DNA of 63,187 bases, the filler included, from Octopus bimaculoides (Eukaryota), in NCBI RefSeq assembly GCF_001194135.2. It is 6 parts of 6 records of this genome, joined end to end, with 100 filler letters (N's around TTAATTAATTAA, not from the genome) between each part and the next. Parts side by side here need not be neighbours in the genome. Positions count along the whole stretch, not along the records: positions 30,878 to 50,791 come from NC_068983.1; 5 more parts are not named here. The stretch is one strand, 5' to 3'. Positions 37,041-49,858 of the stretch are shown here, one piece after another (position 1 is the first letter of the stretch; every line of letters starts with the position of its first letter). The translations under genes were made by a program, and so were the position numbers. The notes below the pieces were generated by a model that saw only the letters and a program-made list of their open reading frames with translations, did no database searches and was not told where the DNA came from.

Positions 37041-38370
37041 GGTTGGGAATGCACAGCTGGAAAGGGATACAGAGGACATGCTCATTTACAAAGACAACCA
37101 CGACTTTACTTAGCTTGACATGTCTTTTCAAGCAAACCACCAATAGTCACAGTCCCATTCATCCCTTCTATGAGGCCCAGCATCCAAAGATCCTTTCTCA
37201 CCTCTTCATTCCATGTAGTCCTGAGTCTACCCCTTCAACATGTTCCCTCTACAATTAGACATCAGCACCTCTTGGTGCAATTGTTTTCATTCACATATAT
37301 ATATATACATACATACATATATTCTCTTATTCTTTTATTTGTTTCAGTTATTTGACTGTAGCCAAATTTGACTGTTTGTCCACAGACTTACTCTGGTATT
37401 TAAATTTATTAGATAGCGGGGCTCTGAAAGGGGTCTCAGGGAGTAGTGTCCCTGCCTTCCTGAGCTAGTTTTCCACCACATTTCTTAAAAATTGTGGTAG
37501 AGGCCTTGGTCTCAGAATCACTCCTCTCTAGAAACTGAGGTTGGGGGTAAGCAAGGGCAATCTCTCCATAGAAAATCCAGCTCCAAAAAAGCCTCATGAT
37601 AGCAAGGGAAGATGGGCACCAGCCAACCCAAAGGTTAGGGTGGGCTGCACCTGCCTGCCTCAGTTGCTATGGCATTGAGGTAGATATGGCCACCCCCGTT
37701 AACGGCGACAAAACCTGGATTTAAAACACAGGATGATGATGATGATGACTCTAGAAAGTGCATGACCTAGTGATTAGGGTAGTTGCGCCCACGATCACCA
37801 GACCATGAGTTTGATTCCCAGACCAAGCAAAGTGTTGCATTGTTGAGTAACACACTTCATTTTATGTTCCTCGTGTTGGCATGGGAATTGACATGTCAAA
37901 TAATAAACTCAACATTTCCTCTACATGTTGTAAAAGACAACTAAAAGGGTTTGAGTTAGGATCTGCATTCCAGCCTTATAAAAGCCTCATCAGCAACAAC
38001 TACCCAGACAGAGCCATAGGTCAGAGGGTGCAAAGGTTTCATCCACCAGGTGCTGGGAATCACCAACAAATAGTGGATGATGCAATGAGGCATTGTTACA
38101 GCATATGTCCCCATATTACTACCACTACTACTACTACTTCTACCCTAGAAGAATGAAAGGTGAAGCTAATTTCAGAGGGATTTGAAATCATAAAGCAAGG
38201 AACTGGAATAAATACTGCAAACCGTTTCATCTGATGCTCTAACCATCACCATTTTAATGCCTACTTTTTTATGCTGGTATGAATCAGATGGAGTTTATTG
38301 AGGCAAATTTCTATGTGTAGATGCCCTTCCTATTGCCAACCTTCCTGCTTCTAAGCAAGATGATATTTCC

Positions 38371-38445
38371 CCATTGCATTTAGCATTCATTGACTTGGAG
38401 AAAGCCTTTGAAAGAGTCCCTCACTCTGGGACATGGTGGTCTCTT
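38371..38445 (+). mobile_element. RTE RT fragment
   Basis: LHLAFIDLEKAFERVPHSGTWWSL. Confidence 0.65.
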
Positions 38446-40602
38446 GCACACAGTTATACAAATAGCTCTAGAACAACATTGACTTTCTTAATACCAACCC
38501 ACCTGAAACTGACCCCTAATTGTATGATACTAACTTCCTGCTTTAAAGTGATCTGAATTAAAAATCTCTGTCGAATTTTCATGGTAATTTATATTTCAAA
38601 TACCAGCTCAGAAATGCCAAAGTAATTGTACTAGATTCTTCATTACAGTAAAAAAGATAACTGAAATAAAAGAATTTGTATTTCAGCAAATATATTGTAA
38701 TAAAAAGATTAAAAGAAAAATTCACTGATGTTTCTGAAAGACCTCAGAATCAATTAATAATGCATTTGTGTGAAGAGAGAGGAAAGGCAAAATCAATATT
38801 GTAAAAGAAAGGAAAATAGACAGCTATTTCTACTTTTGTTCAATAGGAGTTCTTTACTCCACATCTCCGGTAGGATTTGAACTCAGACCAGTGAAGATTA
38901 GAATGCATTAAAACATCCAGTCAGGTTCTCAATATCTCCCAAACTAGGATCAATAACAAATATTGCTGATATCTAAAAAGATATCTACCCTTATCTTCTT
39001 TTTTTTTTTCAGCATCTGATGCGCGGAATGTTTATTACACACATGTATAAATATGCATGTATGTGTATAATATTCCAGTAAAAATGTGTTAAAACGCAGA
39101 GTACAGCAACAGCATTAATAGTTGAGGCAAAAATCAATCATCCTATTTAGCTTAGAATTAAAGCCAAAAATTATTTGTTTTTCTTTTTAATAAAGTGAAA
39201 GCCCAGTTTACAAATTTGTAAAGCTTTAGAAACAAAATCAATTAAATATCTCGTCAGATTAATATCTCTGCAATATTCAGCAGATATTCACATAGTAGAA
39301 ACATTATTGTCATCTCAGTCGAACATTTATCATAACAAACTTAGCAGTGTCACAGACTTCTTGCAAACGGTTAGTACATTATAACTTCTTTTTTTCTTCC
39401 AATATCTCTGTGGATTTTCAATACATTTTGCTTTTCCTTCTTTCTTGTTTTTTTTTTGCTTTTCTTTTCTACCGATTAAACTGAAACTTTTGCATCAAAT
39501 CTTTCCAATAATTAACAGTATGTGGCACTTTTAAAATTTAATGTCAGGATTAATATATCAAATTTTTAAAAAAATTAAAAAATGAAATTATATATTAGTT
39601 TGGCTTTATGTGACAGTCAAAGTCAGCCTATAATTCCAATATTTCTGATAAATTACATTTTGTATTTCCAGTTAAATCAAACTTATATTTTCTACTTATG
39701 AGAAAAAGGAAATACTTGATATAGATTTCCAGGGCATTTTTGTTTGTTTTTTTCATTTCAAATATGTTTTAGTTTTATCAAACAGTACATCAAAATAGTT
39801 CCAATCAAAGCAAAAAAGAAGTATAGTAGCTGAGAATTTAATAATTATTAAATTTAGAAGCTATTGGTTAAGAGATTTTAATCATGTCACAAACATATCT
39901 GTAGTTCTCTTTAATTTGCTTTTAACCATCACAGCTAAAATTATGCTAGAGTATTCCTTCTATCATTCATTTCATCTCTTTTACCATAACAGCATGGCTT
40001 AGAGGTAAATTCCGAGGCAAGACTTTTATAGCTGGAAGCACTTTCAATCACCAGTCCTTACCTGTTTTTCTAGTAAGGGAATTTTTTTTATTCAAGAGGA
40101 ATTCAAAAGCAGAGATAGTGAATGGTTTTTCTTGGCATGAATTGCCCACAAACTTCACTGTTTGTGGGCCTACACCAAACAGTGACACCACTCTCCATAA
40201 CTGGAGCTAAGCTTAGTTTTGTAAGCTTATGCCCAAACACAGACATACACACACAGTGTGAATGCAATAAATAATAAGAAACGACTACACAGGAGGGACA
40301 AGGTTAAATGAATATAGTATTAGCCTTTAACATTCTACTTCAGACATTAATCTTTTGTTAGAAAAAATAAGAAAAGCTTAGAAAGAATGAGAAAGAAAAA
40401 CAGTCAGTGAGAGAGAGAGGAGGAAAACAAAAAGAAATGCATAAAGGGTTGGAAACCAGGACAAGCTTTTCTCAGTTTTTATCAACCAAATTCTCTCACA
40501 AGGCTTTGGTCAGCTCAGGGCTATCACAGAGCACGTATGCCTAAGATGCTATGCAGTGGAACTGAACTTGGAGCTATATGGTTAAGAAGTGTCCTTCTAA
40601 AT

Positions 40603-40829
40603 CATAGGTTCTCAAAGTGGGTATTATTGCCCCCTGGTGGGCATTGACACGGTCCAGGTGGGCACTGGTATCTAAAGGGGCAGTAGCTTCTAAATATCAA
40701 ATGAGTTATATTGTATATAAATTAGTAAAATATAAAATTTTTATTTATACATAAAAATAGGGATGGGGGCACTGAGGGTATTTTGTGGCCAAGAGTGGGG
40801 CTGTGGCCCAAAAAGTTTGAGAACCTCTG
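40603..40829. mobile_element. hAT (Charlie-like) MITE, copy 2
   Basis: TIR CATAGGTTCTCAAA / TTTGAGAACCTCTG; exact 8-bp TSD TTCTAAAT at 40595-40602 and 40830-40837. Confidence 0.9.
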
Positions 40830-41628
40830 TTCTAAATGATAAAGCCATTCCTATTTCCCTATATAACATTTGATATATAAAGTTCCTGATTTAGGCACAA
40901 AACCAACAACATTGAGGGCAAGGGGTTAAATGATATCATCACCCTTAATTTTTGACTGGTACTTCATCTTATTGAGCCTGAAATGCAACAGTGACTTCAG
41001 AGACTTCAGCAGGATTTGAACTCAGAATATAATATGCTAAAACAAATGCCACTAAGCATTTTAATCATCTCTAACCTAGGTGCAAGGACTCATATTTTAA
41101 AGATGAGTAGAGTTGATTATGGCAACTCCAATATCTGACAAGTCCTTTATCTAAAGTTCAAAATAAACAGATAGAAAACGTTGCAATGACTTGAAGTTTT
41201 AGTAATACAGATTTATCAAAAAACGCACAATGTCTCAGACTAGGATAGATGGGTATTCAAACCTTTAAAAGGGTCATTGGTGATATAAGTAAAAGTTGTG
41301 GATGAATTGTTAAAATGCCAGCTTTGCAACCATATTGATGCAGTTTCAATCCTACTGCATCACATCTTGGACAAGTGTCTTCTATCTTAACCTCAGAATG
41401 ACCAATGATTTGTAAATGGAATTTGGCAGAAAGAATCAGTATAGAAGTTTGGAGTAGGAGTAAGGTGGAGGTATGGATGTGTGGTTAAAAAGTTTGCTTT
41501 ACAACCAAGTAGTTTGGGGTTCCATCCTACTAGGTGCCACTTTGGGTAAATATGTTCTGCTATAGTCTCAGGCCAGTCAATGATTTATGAATGAAATTTG
41601 ATAAATGGAATTAATACAGAAGTATATG

Positions 41629-41673
<45 letters not shown>

Positions 41674-42530
41674 ACATCCATGCTTTTTATTCAGTTTGTC
41701 TACATAACACATGTTTGTGTATATTGATGAAAAATATATACATCTATGAGAAAATTTCAGATAAACAGAGTATTAAACAAAAGAACTTTGATGCTTATTC
41801 AGAGTTACAGATATTATGTCCCTTCCACGAAGAGAAAAACACTGCCTGGTTCACTGGAAATCTATAACAAATGGTAATATTATTGACAAAATTCAATATA
41901 AACACATACACAAAGAAAAAACATTGTAAGGGTTTAACAGAGGGTTTGTGTACAAGTAAGTGTGGAAAACATGTCAGAGATGATTAAATAAAAGAAACAA
42001 AAAGTGCATCAAGTGTGTTTGGGTAAAAAGACCAATAACCAAAACAATATAGGTATAACAAATCTATTTTTAATTTGTTATCCTTTCACAAAAACTTTGA
42101 TGTTTCAGTTGTGTGTTTATTCTTTATTCTCTCTCTCTCTCTCTCTCTCCCCTTTTTTCCCTCACCTTTGTAACCTTTCAAAATGTTCAGTAAAATATTA
42201 GTTACACTCTGTCAACTTAATCAAACAGCCATACCCTACATCATACTTATTTTTTTCCTCTGTGAGATGAAAGAATCACCAATATAATGAGAAAATACTG
42301 ACAATGACAAACATTCTTTTGTAATATGTTCCAGCAGATTTGAACAGAAGTATGTTAATCACTGTTGCATTTCACTTTCATAGAATACCTTCGTTTTGAT
42401 TCTTGCTGTTTTCACATAAATATAATTTATTATCGATTTTGGTAGACATCAGCAAATCATTTGTTTGCTGAATTCTATAAACAAAAGCTACAATTTTATT
42501 CTTGTTTAGGTTGATTGATCAGGGGTTAGC

Positions 42531-42575
42531 TTTGACTGAAGAGATGCAACCAGATTGAAACACCAGTGACTCAAA
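42531..42575 (+). ncRNA. Type I minimal hammerhead ribozyme, tandem copy 1 (U16.1 changed to A)
   Basis: TTTGA-CTGAAGA-GAT-gcaaccag-ATT-GAAA-C-ACCAGT-G-AC-TCAAA. Confidence 0.7.
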
Positions 42576-42770
42576 ATCCTCTCATATCAATTAATCAGGT
42601 GGGTTTTCAATACATATTGTCTGAAAAGAGAAGGCATTCTTCAAAGATAAAATACAAGCACAGTTTGCATATTCACATTCAAACCTGCCAGTACTAAAAA
42701 TGAATATGTCCATCATCAGAAAATTACTATTTTTAAATCTCACAATGTGAGATATTCAGCAACAGTACTT

Positions 42771-43077
42771 TGTAGTAAAGATTGTTTGCCAATATAACAT
42801 GGCAGTCCTGGTCTATATATTTCAAACAGGAATTTGGCAGCACCACCTCTAGCCGAACAATTATTTTGTACTGATGAAGGGGAAATAACCTGGAAATTGT
42901 GATACATAGATATAGTTTTGAGCTGAGTGGGGGTGCTAGATTCCCTTGTTCAAAAATGTAAGGACACAGGTCATGTCGTATAGCCAGTAGGAGACGATGT
43001 CTCCTAGGGCTAAATTACAGCAACATTCGTCCTACACTAGGACTGCCATGTTATGTTGGCAAACAATCTTTACTACA
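42771..43077. mobile_element. 307-bp element with 39-bp inverted ends and an internal HHR-like core
   Basis: TGTAGTAAAGATTGTTTGCCAATATAACATGGCAGTCCT versus the reverse complement of 43039-43077 (38 of 39 identical); CTGATGA-AGG...CCT-G-GAAA near 42873-42898; ATGTCCATCAT duplicated at 42706-42716 and 43077-43087. Confidence 0.8.
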
Positions 43078-43229
43078 TGTCCATCATTGTTTGAATCTCA
43101 CTTTTCCTTATGCATAGGATAATTTATTACTAATTTGGCAGACTTCAGTATAAACAGCAAGCAATTTATTTGCCAAAGTCCATAAACAAGCATCACTATT
43201 CTTGTTTAGTTTCACTGATACAGGAATAG

Positions 43230-43276
43230 CTTTGAGTGAAGCGACATGACCAAGTTGAAACACCGGTGTCTCAAAG
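43230..43276 (+). ncRNA. Type I minimal hammerhead ribozyme, tandem copy 2 (core C3G, A9C)
   Basis: CTTTGA-GTGAAGC-GAC-atgaccaa-GTT-GAAA-C-ACCGGT-G-TC-TCAAAG; exactly 700 nt downstream of copy 1. Confidence 0.7.
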
Positions 43277-43429
43277 TCCCCAAATGTCAAAGAATGAAGA
43301 GTGTTGTTGATGTTGCCAACACAAACCAACTGAAAGGAAAAGTTGTTCTCCAAAGGCAAAATACAACAGTCATTAACAAATTTACATTTAAATCTACCAG
43401 AACGCATTAAGAATGAATGTATACGTGCC

Positions 43430-43690
43430 GGTGGCATGTAAAAGGTACCATTCAAGTGTGGTCGATGCCAGTGCTGTCTGACTGACCCCCGTACCAATGA
43501 CATCTAAAAAGCAACCACTACACTCTCAGAGTGGTTGGCGTTAGGAAGGGCATCCAGCTGTAGAAATTCTGCCAGATCAGATTGGAGCCTGGTGAAGCCT
43601 CCTGGCTTGCCAGTCCTCAGTCAAATCGTCCAACCCATGCCAGCATGGAAAACGAACGTTAAATGATGATGATGATGATGATGATGATGA
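43430..43690 (-). mobile_element. Family-D SINE
   Basis: GGAAGGGCATCCAGCTGTAGAAA...CCCATGCCAGCATGGAAAACG-ACGTTAAA(TGA)n. Confidence 0.8.
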
Positions 43691-45536
43691 ATAACAGCCA
43701 ATGTGAAACTTTTGTTGATTAGTTGACTGATTTCTCAAGTCACACTGTACATCAGAGAGAGAGAGAGAGAGTTAACATAAGAGGTGCAAAGGGAGTGCAC
43801 ATACTAGGCTTGGTAGCATGCAAAGAGTAAAAAACTGCCAAAAACTACACGATGGAAAATCATACAGTAAAGAAGCAAAAAGAAAGGGAGAAAATGACAG
43901 TAATCATGGAAGGAATTATACAATGAGAAATCTATTTTATCAAACTTGATTTTAAGGAGATAAACATTCTTTCAAAAATTAGTATTCTTTTCATAATTTT
44001 GTATAAACTCCAAGAGATTTGAATTAAAGTTAAATTATAATTGATTTATGTATGCTAATTTCCTGACATTACTCATGGTAGCAAAATATACACTTCCAAT
44101 GTTACCCATCATGTAATGGATGTTAAATCTTTTATATATACTTTTAGCTAATTCATATGAAAATATTATTCTGGCTGAAAATATTCTGTTTATCATGGAA
44201 ACGTGTTTGTTTGTTTAAATCAACGTTTAGCACCCACCTGTGCTAAACACTGTTGCAATTGAGTGACTCAGTTGCTAGGTAACTAGCCCTAATGGGAAAA
44301 GGGTCAACAATTGTATGCCATTATTGGTGTGCATTTCATATGACAAAATCAATTATAAAACTGTATTAAATACCTCAGATCAATAGCTTAATGCAGTCAT
44401 GCTGTCATTATGGTTTTAAGTCTTATCCTGTTGAGACATGTATTCAGCTATGTTAAATAGTTTGAAATGAATTTCAGAAAATATTTTCTGTTCATTCACA
44501 TCTGAAAGACTACAGTGAAAGGCTTTAAATGTATGATGGAAACCAAATGTATTATATTTTCCAGAGTGAATGGGGGAAATGGAAATTACTCAGGGACTCC
44601 TGCTGCATGAAAATTTAATATTAAAGTGGTTACAATTTATGATTAACAAGAATTTTAATTAATTAGATAGACATCTTTTCTGATGGGAACAATCATTATT
44701 GACATAAAAGGGGTTATCTCCTGGAATTACCATGGCTCATCTCTTCATTATCCAATCTCTCTCTCTCCTACTTACACAAACACATCATCATCATGATCAC
44801 CAAACATGTAGCCGTCATTTCCATTTTTTCTTACCTCAATCTTTTTCATTCATCCTTCCCTCATTCTTCATACCCCTTCTCCCTAGTTTCTTTATCAGCA
44901 TAGTAATTTTTTCTTCTTTTAAGTTATTCAGAAATTCCATTTGGATCATTAATTCAAGAAACAATGAAAAACATGCATTCCTGACCATTAGTTAGCAACA
45001 AGTAAGGGTTTTGCAGCACCCTGGTTACATTTACTCAGGAATCATCCTTTTTTTTACCTTTTAGCCCCTTTTCTTACTATCCTTCTTTAGTTTCTCATCT
45101 CCACAGAACCCTTTGACCTACTACACATGGAGACCACAGGCTTACTAGTGTCATACTCCAGTGGTCCCCTCTGTTGATCTCACTAATTACCATTGTTTAA
45201 TGTCTGCCTTCCATGCTAGCATGGATGGGATGGTTTCACGAGAGCCGGCCTTGAAAGACCAAGCACACACTTCCAACTGTTTTGCTGCAATTTAGAGAAC
45301 TCACAATCTTGCCACACATCAGCCAGAACACCAGCTAATTCCTCTCTGAAGGCTGTAAGGAAACCCTTTCCATTTTTCCATAAAACAGAAGTATGTCATC
45401 TTCCTGGGCAAAGAGATATTTTAGGTTGTATGGTAAGAAGCTTGCTTTCTACCTACACAGCTCTGGATTCAGCCCCATTATATAGTACCCTCAGAAAGGG
45501 TTTTCTGTTATAGCCTTGGACCGACAAAAGCTTTCA

Positions 45537-46075
45537 TCATCATTGTTTAACGTCCGTTTTCCATGCTGGCATAGGTTGGACAGTTTGACTGAGGTCTGGA
45601 GAGCCAGCAGCTGCACCAAGCTCCAATCTGGTCTGGCAATGTTTCTACAGCTGGATGCCCTTCCTAACACCAACTATTCCGAGAGTGTAGCGGGTGCTTT
45701 TTACATGCCACTGGCACAGGAGCCAGTCAGGTGGACCTGGCATCGATCACATTCGAATGGTGCTTTTTTTACATGCCACCGGCACAGAAGTCAGTTAGGC
45801 GAGCCTGTTGGTAGACAGAAGCTGAAAGAAGCCTATTGTGTGTGCATGTGTGTGTGTGTGTGTGTGTNNNNNNNNNNNNNNNNNNNNNNNNNNTGTGTGC
45901 GTGTGTGTGTGTCCCAACACTGCTTGTAACTGGTGTGGATAACTTAGCAGTTTGGCAAAAGACACCAATAGGCTTCAGAAAGAAAAACAAGTACTGGGGT
46001 TGAATCATTCGACTAAAAATTCTTGAAGTACCCAGCATGGCCAGAGTCAAATAACTGAAACAATTAAAGGATTAA
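45537..46075 (+). mobile_element. Family-D SINE (45537-45800) followed by family A end and family C module
   Basis: Matches the other copies in this window. Confidence 0.7.
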
Positions 46076-47749
46076 ACATTAAGATGTAGCTTATCTGTAC
46101 CTTCTTTTCTTTGAGTTGGTTCATTTCATGGAACCCTCTGTGGCTCTCAATGTTATCCAAAACACAACAATTTTTTTGTTACCTTGGAAACAAGTAATAG
46201 TCTGGCAACAGGAAGGGCATCCAGGAGTAGAAAACCTGTCTCAATGAATTCCATCTGATTTATGCAAGCATGAAAATGTGGACATTAAAATGATGATGAT
46301 GATAATGACAATGATGATGATGATGATAATGATGATGATAAAGGGATCAAAACACTTAGAAGTACTCCTTCCATTATGAAGTTATGTCAGCAGTTTATGC
46401 TTGTATGTCATAAGATTTAACTCTTAATTTCTGTGAGACTCCTATGTTGAAGATGACAAGGAGATTATGGTGGTGATAAATTTTGACTTCCATCTTGAAC
46501 AAGATGAAGCAACTAAACAAAACAAAAAAAAGAATTCGAAGCACTACACACAGATAATGTAACAGCAAAATATTCATGTTTTAAAACAGATTTTACAACG
46601 TGGAAATGTGAACTAGAAATAGGAAAATGTATTTGCTACATAGTTCGTTTTAGTTCAGTAGAGATTTTGCAATGTGCTACTAGCTTTACTTACACTTTAT
46701 AGATGGGAAAATGCAATTAACAATTTCTGATTGTTTAATTATTTACAAAGTGTCATTTTAAATTATATAAAGTAAGTTCTTTAGGGAGTAAACACAATCT
46801 AATTTCTTTCTACTGCCTGTTTACAATGAAGTTACCAAATTTGATTTTCCAGACTATGAATCTAATTTTTTTCAGTAGATTAAAAAATATATGAGTATGG
46901 CTACATATATATATGCGCACGCATGTGTGTGTGTGTAGTATATGTATGCATGTATGTCTATGTTCGCATATGCGTGCATTTCATCATATGCAAGTGGTCT
47001 ATGTATCAGGGGCTGTTCAATCTAATTAGGTCTTGTGCATGTACGTATAGTTCTTCACACCTATAGATGTGTGTGTGCATGTGTATAGGCATGTGTGCTT
47101 GTGTGTATGTACATATGCATATATAGATATCTAATATAAAGCAGTGTGTGTGTGTTTGTATATGTATGCATGTTTGAGTATGTATGCATGCATACATACA
47201 AATAAACACACAGGTATATGCATTTCTCTACATGTACTCTTTTATCCATTTTTCAGCTCCGTTGATCATAAGAAATTGCATACATGCATGCATGCAGATA
47301 GGCACACATGTATACATACAAACACACACACACACAGGGCTACAGATACAAATACATACAAATAATCGCAGGGCTATAGATACAAATACATACAAATAAA
47401 CCCATGTCTTAATGCATGTACACACATGTACACATGCGTTGTACACACATGTACAACAAAAGCAGGTAGTTAATAGAATCCTAGTGAAAGTAAACAGGTT
47501 TCTGTTGTGGTCACTTTAATGCTTTTTGTCCAGTGTTACTAGGAGAAAAGTGACCATCACTCTTGATGACTCCCTTATTTCTTTCACAGCATAAAAAAAA
47601 TATAGTCACCAAAGGCATTTGCTTCAATTAACCTTTTCATGCCAACCTACCTGAGTCTGCCTCTGGTTCTATGATACTTCATGTTAAAAAACAATCTAAA
47701 TTAAAATGTTCTATCAAAGTTTTATGTTATTCCAAATACCAGCAGAAAT

Positions 47750-47966
47750 TTTCTTTTCTATTCTAGGTACAAGGCCCAAAATTTTTGGGGAGGGGAGCCA
47801 GTCGATTAGATTGACCCCAGTACACAACTGGTACTTAATTTATCAACTCTGAAAGGATGAAAGGCAAAGTCGACCTTGGTGGAATTTGAACTCAGAACAT
47901 AAAGACAGACACAATACTAAGCATTTCACTTGGCATGCTAACATTTCTGCCAGCTTCCCACCTTAC
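47750..47966 (-). mobile_element. Family-B SINE with 12-bp TSD
   Basis: ACCAGCAGAAAT at 47738-47749 and 47967-47978. Confidence 0.85.
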
Positions 47967-48199
47967 ACCAGCAGAAATATTGTAACACAAAGATTAAAGA
48001 CTCACTAACTGTTGTGTTGTGCTTTAATGTCATAAACCCATTGCAATTCAGAGATCTACACACAAAAATGGTTTTATTTAGAGTTCAAATGTTACCCCTA
48101 TGATAATCCACCCATAAAACATTCATTCTCACTAACTTTGTCAGACTCAAAATATGCAGCGTCATTCAATCTGAGACATCAGTGACAAATGCATGGAAG

Positions 48200-48950
48200 T
48201 CCTGGGATGTTTGTAAGGGCTATTGATCAATATCTCAAGATGAAGGGAGTCCACTTTCAGGTATTTGATGCATGAGGACATCAAGTACAAGTCCTATGTA
48301 AAGAGGACATGTATCATGTGACTGCTAGCCCCTCTGATTTCAATTTTGTGGACTGCCACATCTGAAGGGGACATTGAGGGTAGAACTGATCAGAGGATTT
48401 TTAAAACCAATACTCATTAGGGGTGGAGGCGCAATGGCCCAGTGGTTAGGGCAGCGGACTCGTGGTCGCAAGATCGCGGTTTCGATTCCCAGACCGAGTG
48501 TTGTGAGTGTTTATTGAGCGAAAACAGCTAAAGCTCCACGAAGCTCCAGCAGGGGATGGTGGCGAACCCTGCTATACTCTTTCACCACAACTTTCTCTCA
48601 CTCTTTCTTTCTGTTTCTATTGTACCTGTATTTCAAAAGGGCCAGCCTTTTCATACTCTGTGTGATGTTGAATCTCCCCGAGAACTACATTAAGGATACA
48701 TGTGTCTGTGGAGTGCTCAGCCACTTGCACGTTAATTTCACGAGCAGGCTGTTCCGTTGATCGGATCAACTGGAACCCTCGTCGTTGTAACCGACGGAGT
48801 GTCAACAAATAGACTCATTAGGGCCAGTTGATGTAAGTATAGTGGGTAGTATACACAGAGGCCACCTGACCCTGACAAGCCATGGATTCCATTGCTGCAT
48901 CAGGCCAACATTGGGTGTTGAGGAGAGTTTTGTTGAATAACATATTTCTT
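48200..48950 (+). mobile_element. Tc1/mariner transposase relic split by a SINE
   Basis: HEDIKYKSYVKR and SPSDFNFVDCHI* (cf. SPDLNPxDYxxW). Confidence 0.5.
48425..48812 (+). mobile_element. Full-length tRNA-derived SINE with 11-bp TSD
   Basis: A and B boxes present; ACTCATTAGGG at 48412-48422 and 48813-48823. Confidence 0.9.
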
Positions 48951-49299
48951 TGATATTTGTACTTGAATGTATGAGCTACTTTCTAGGGAATATGATGTAT
49001 TTTTTTTATTTTCTATTTGGTGTCTTTCTTTGTCCCTTGTGTATTAAATAGTTCTCACTTGTCTGGCGTACCTTGCAATAAAGAACTAAAACAACTGAAT
49101 AATTAAGCATAGCAGTGACTTCCAGATCAAAATTAATTTTATATGTAATACACAGTAGCAGTTTATTAATTGAATAACTGTTTCATCATTATCACTCCGT
49201 CTATGCTAAAACAGCCAGGTTATAAGGTAAGTTGAAAATGTCTCCCTCAAGGGACTACAAATATTTCAGAAGAAAATGTTTATTAGCTGTGATGCAATC

Positions 49300-49305
49300 T
49301 CTCTT

Positions 49306-49386
<81 letters not shown>

Positions 49387-49402
49387 CCTCTCCCTCTATC
49401 TT

Positions 49403-49490
<88 letters not shown>
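49300..49490. repeat. (CT)n microsatellite
   Basis: Seen directly in the sequence. Confidence 0.95.
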
Positions 49491-49497
<7 letters not shown>

Positions 49498-49707
49498 TTA
49501 TGTATATATTAATATTATTTTGGCTGAAAAACTTCGATAATGCAAATATGTTAATAGTTACCAGGGTAGCAAAAATGTCACACAAACTGGAATATTATAC
49601 CCGGTTAAGGGGTAGAAATTCCATGTTAAAGTGATGTATTTTGAGTTGATATAAAGAATAATAATAATAAATGGAGCAAAACACATGTAATCAATAAGTT
49701 CCTTTAA

Positions 49708-49795
49708 TTCCTACATATGTTTCAAAAATTATATGCACCCTACTCCAAAAAAGTAAGAGATGCTGGTATATACATATAATTTTATCATCAGGGAA
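49708..49795 (-). ncRNA. Type I minimal hammerhead ribozyme with long stem II
   Basis: TTCC-CTGATGA-t-AAAATTATATG...CATATAATTTT-t-GAAA-C-ATAT-G-TA-GGAA; GUA triplet; palindromic stem III loop. Confidence 0.75.
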
Positions 49796-49858
49796 CCATA
49801 TTACAAATACAAGACTTGTGCTGAATATTGATTACATGCGTTTTGCTCCATTTATTAT

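Noticed and set aside
42389-42474. Minus-strand 86-nt exon candidate (IQQTNDLLMSTK...)
   Set aside because: It largely overlaps HHR repeat copy 1, and the acceptor AG is absent in copy 2.
43108-43335. 73-codon minus-strand frame after a good TTTCAG acceptor (LVCVGNINN...LSYA*) as a host exon
   Set aside because: It is the antisense of HHR tandem copy 2, and the frame is not kept in copy 1. Exaptation cannot be excluded without RNA-seq.
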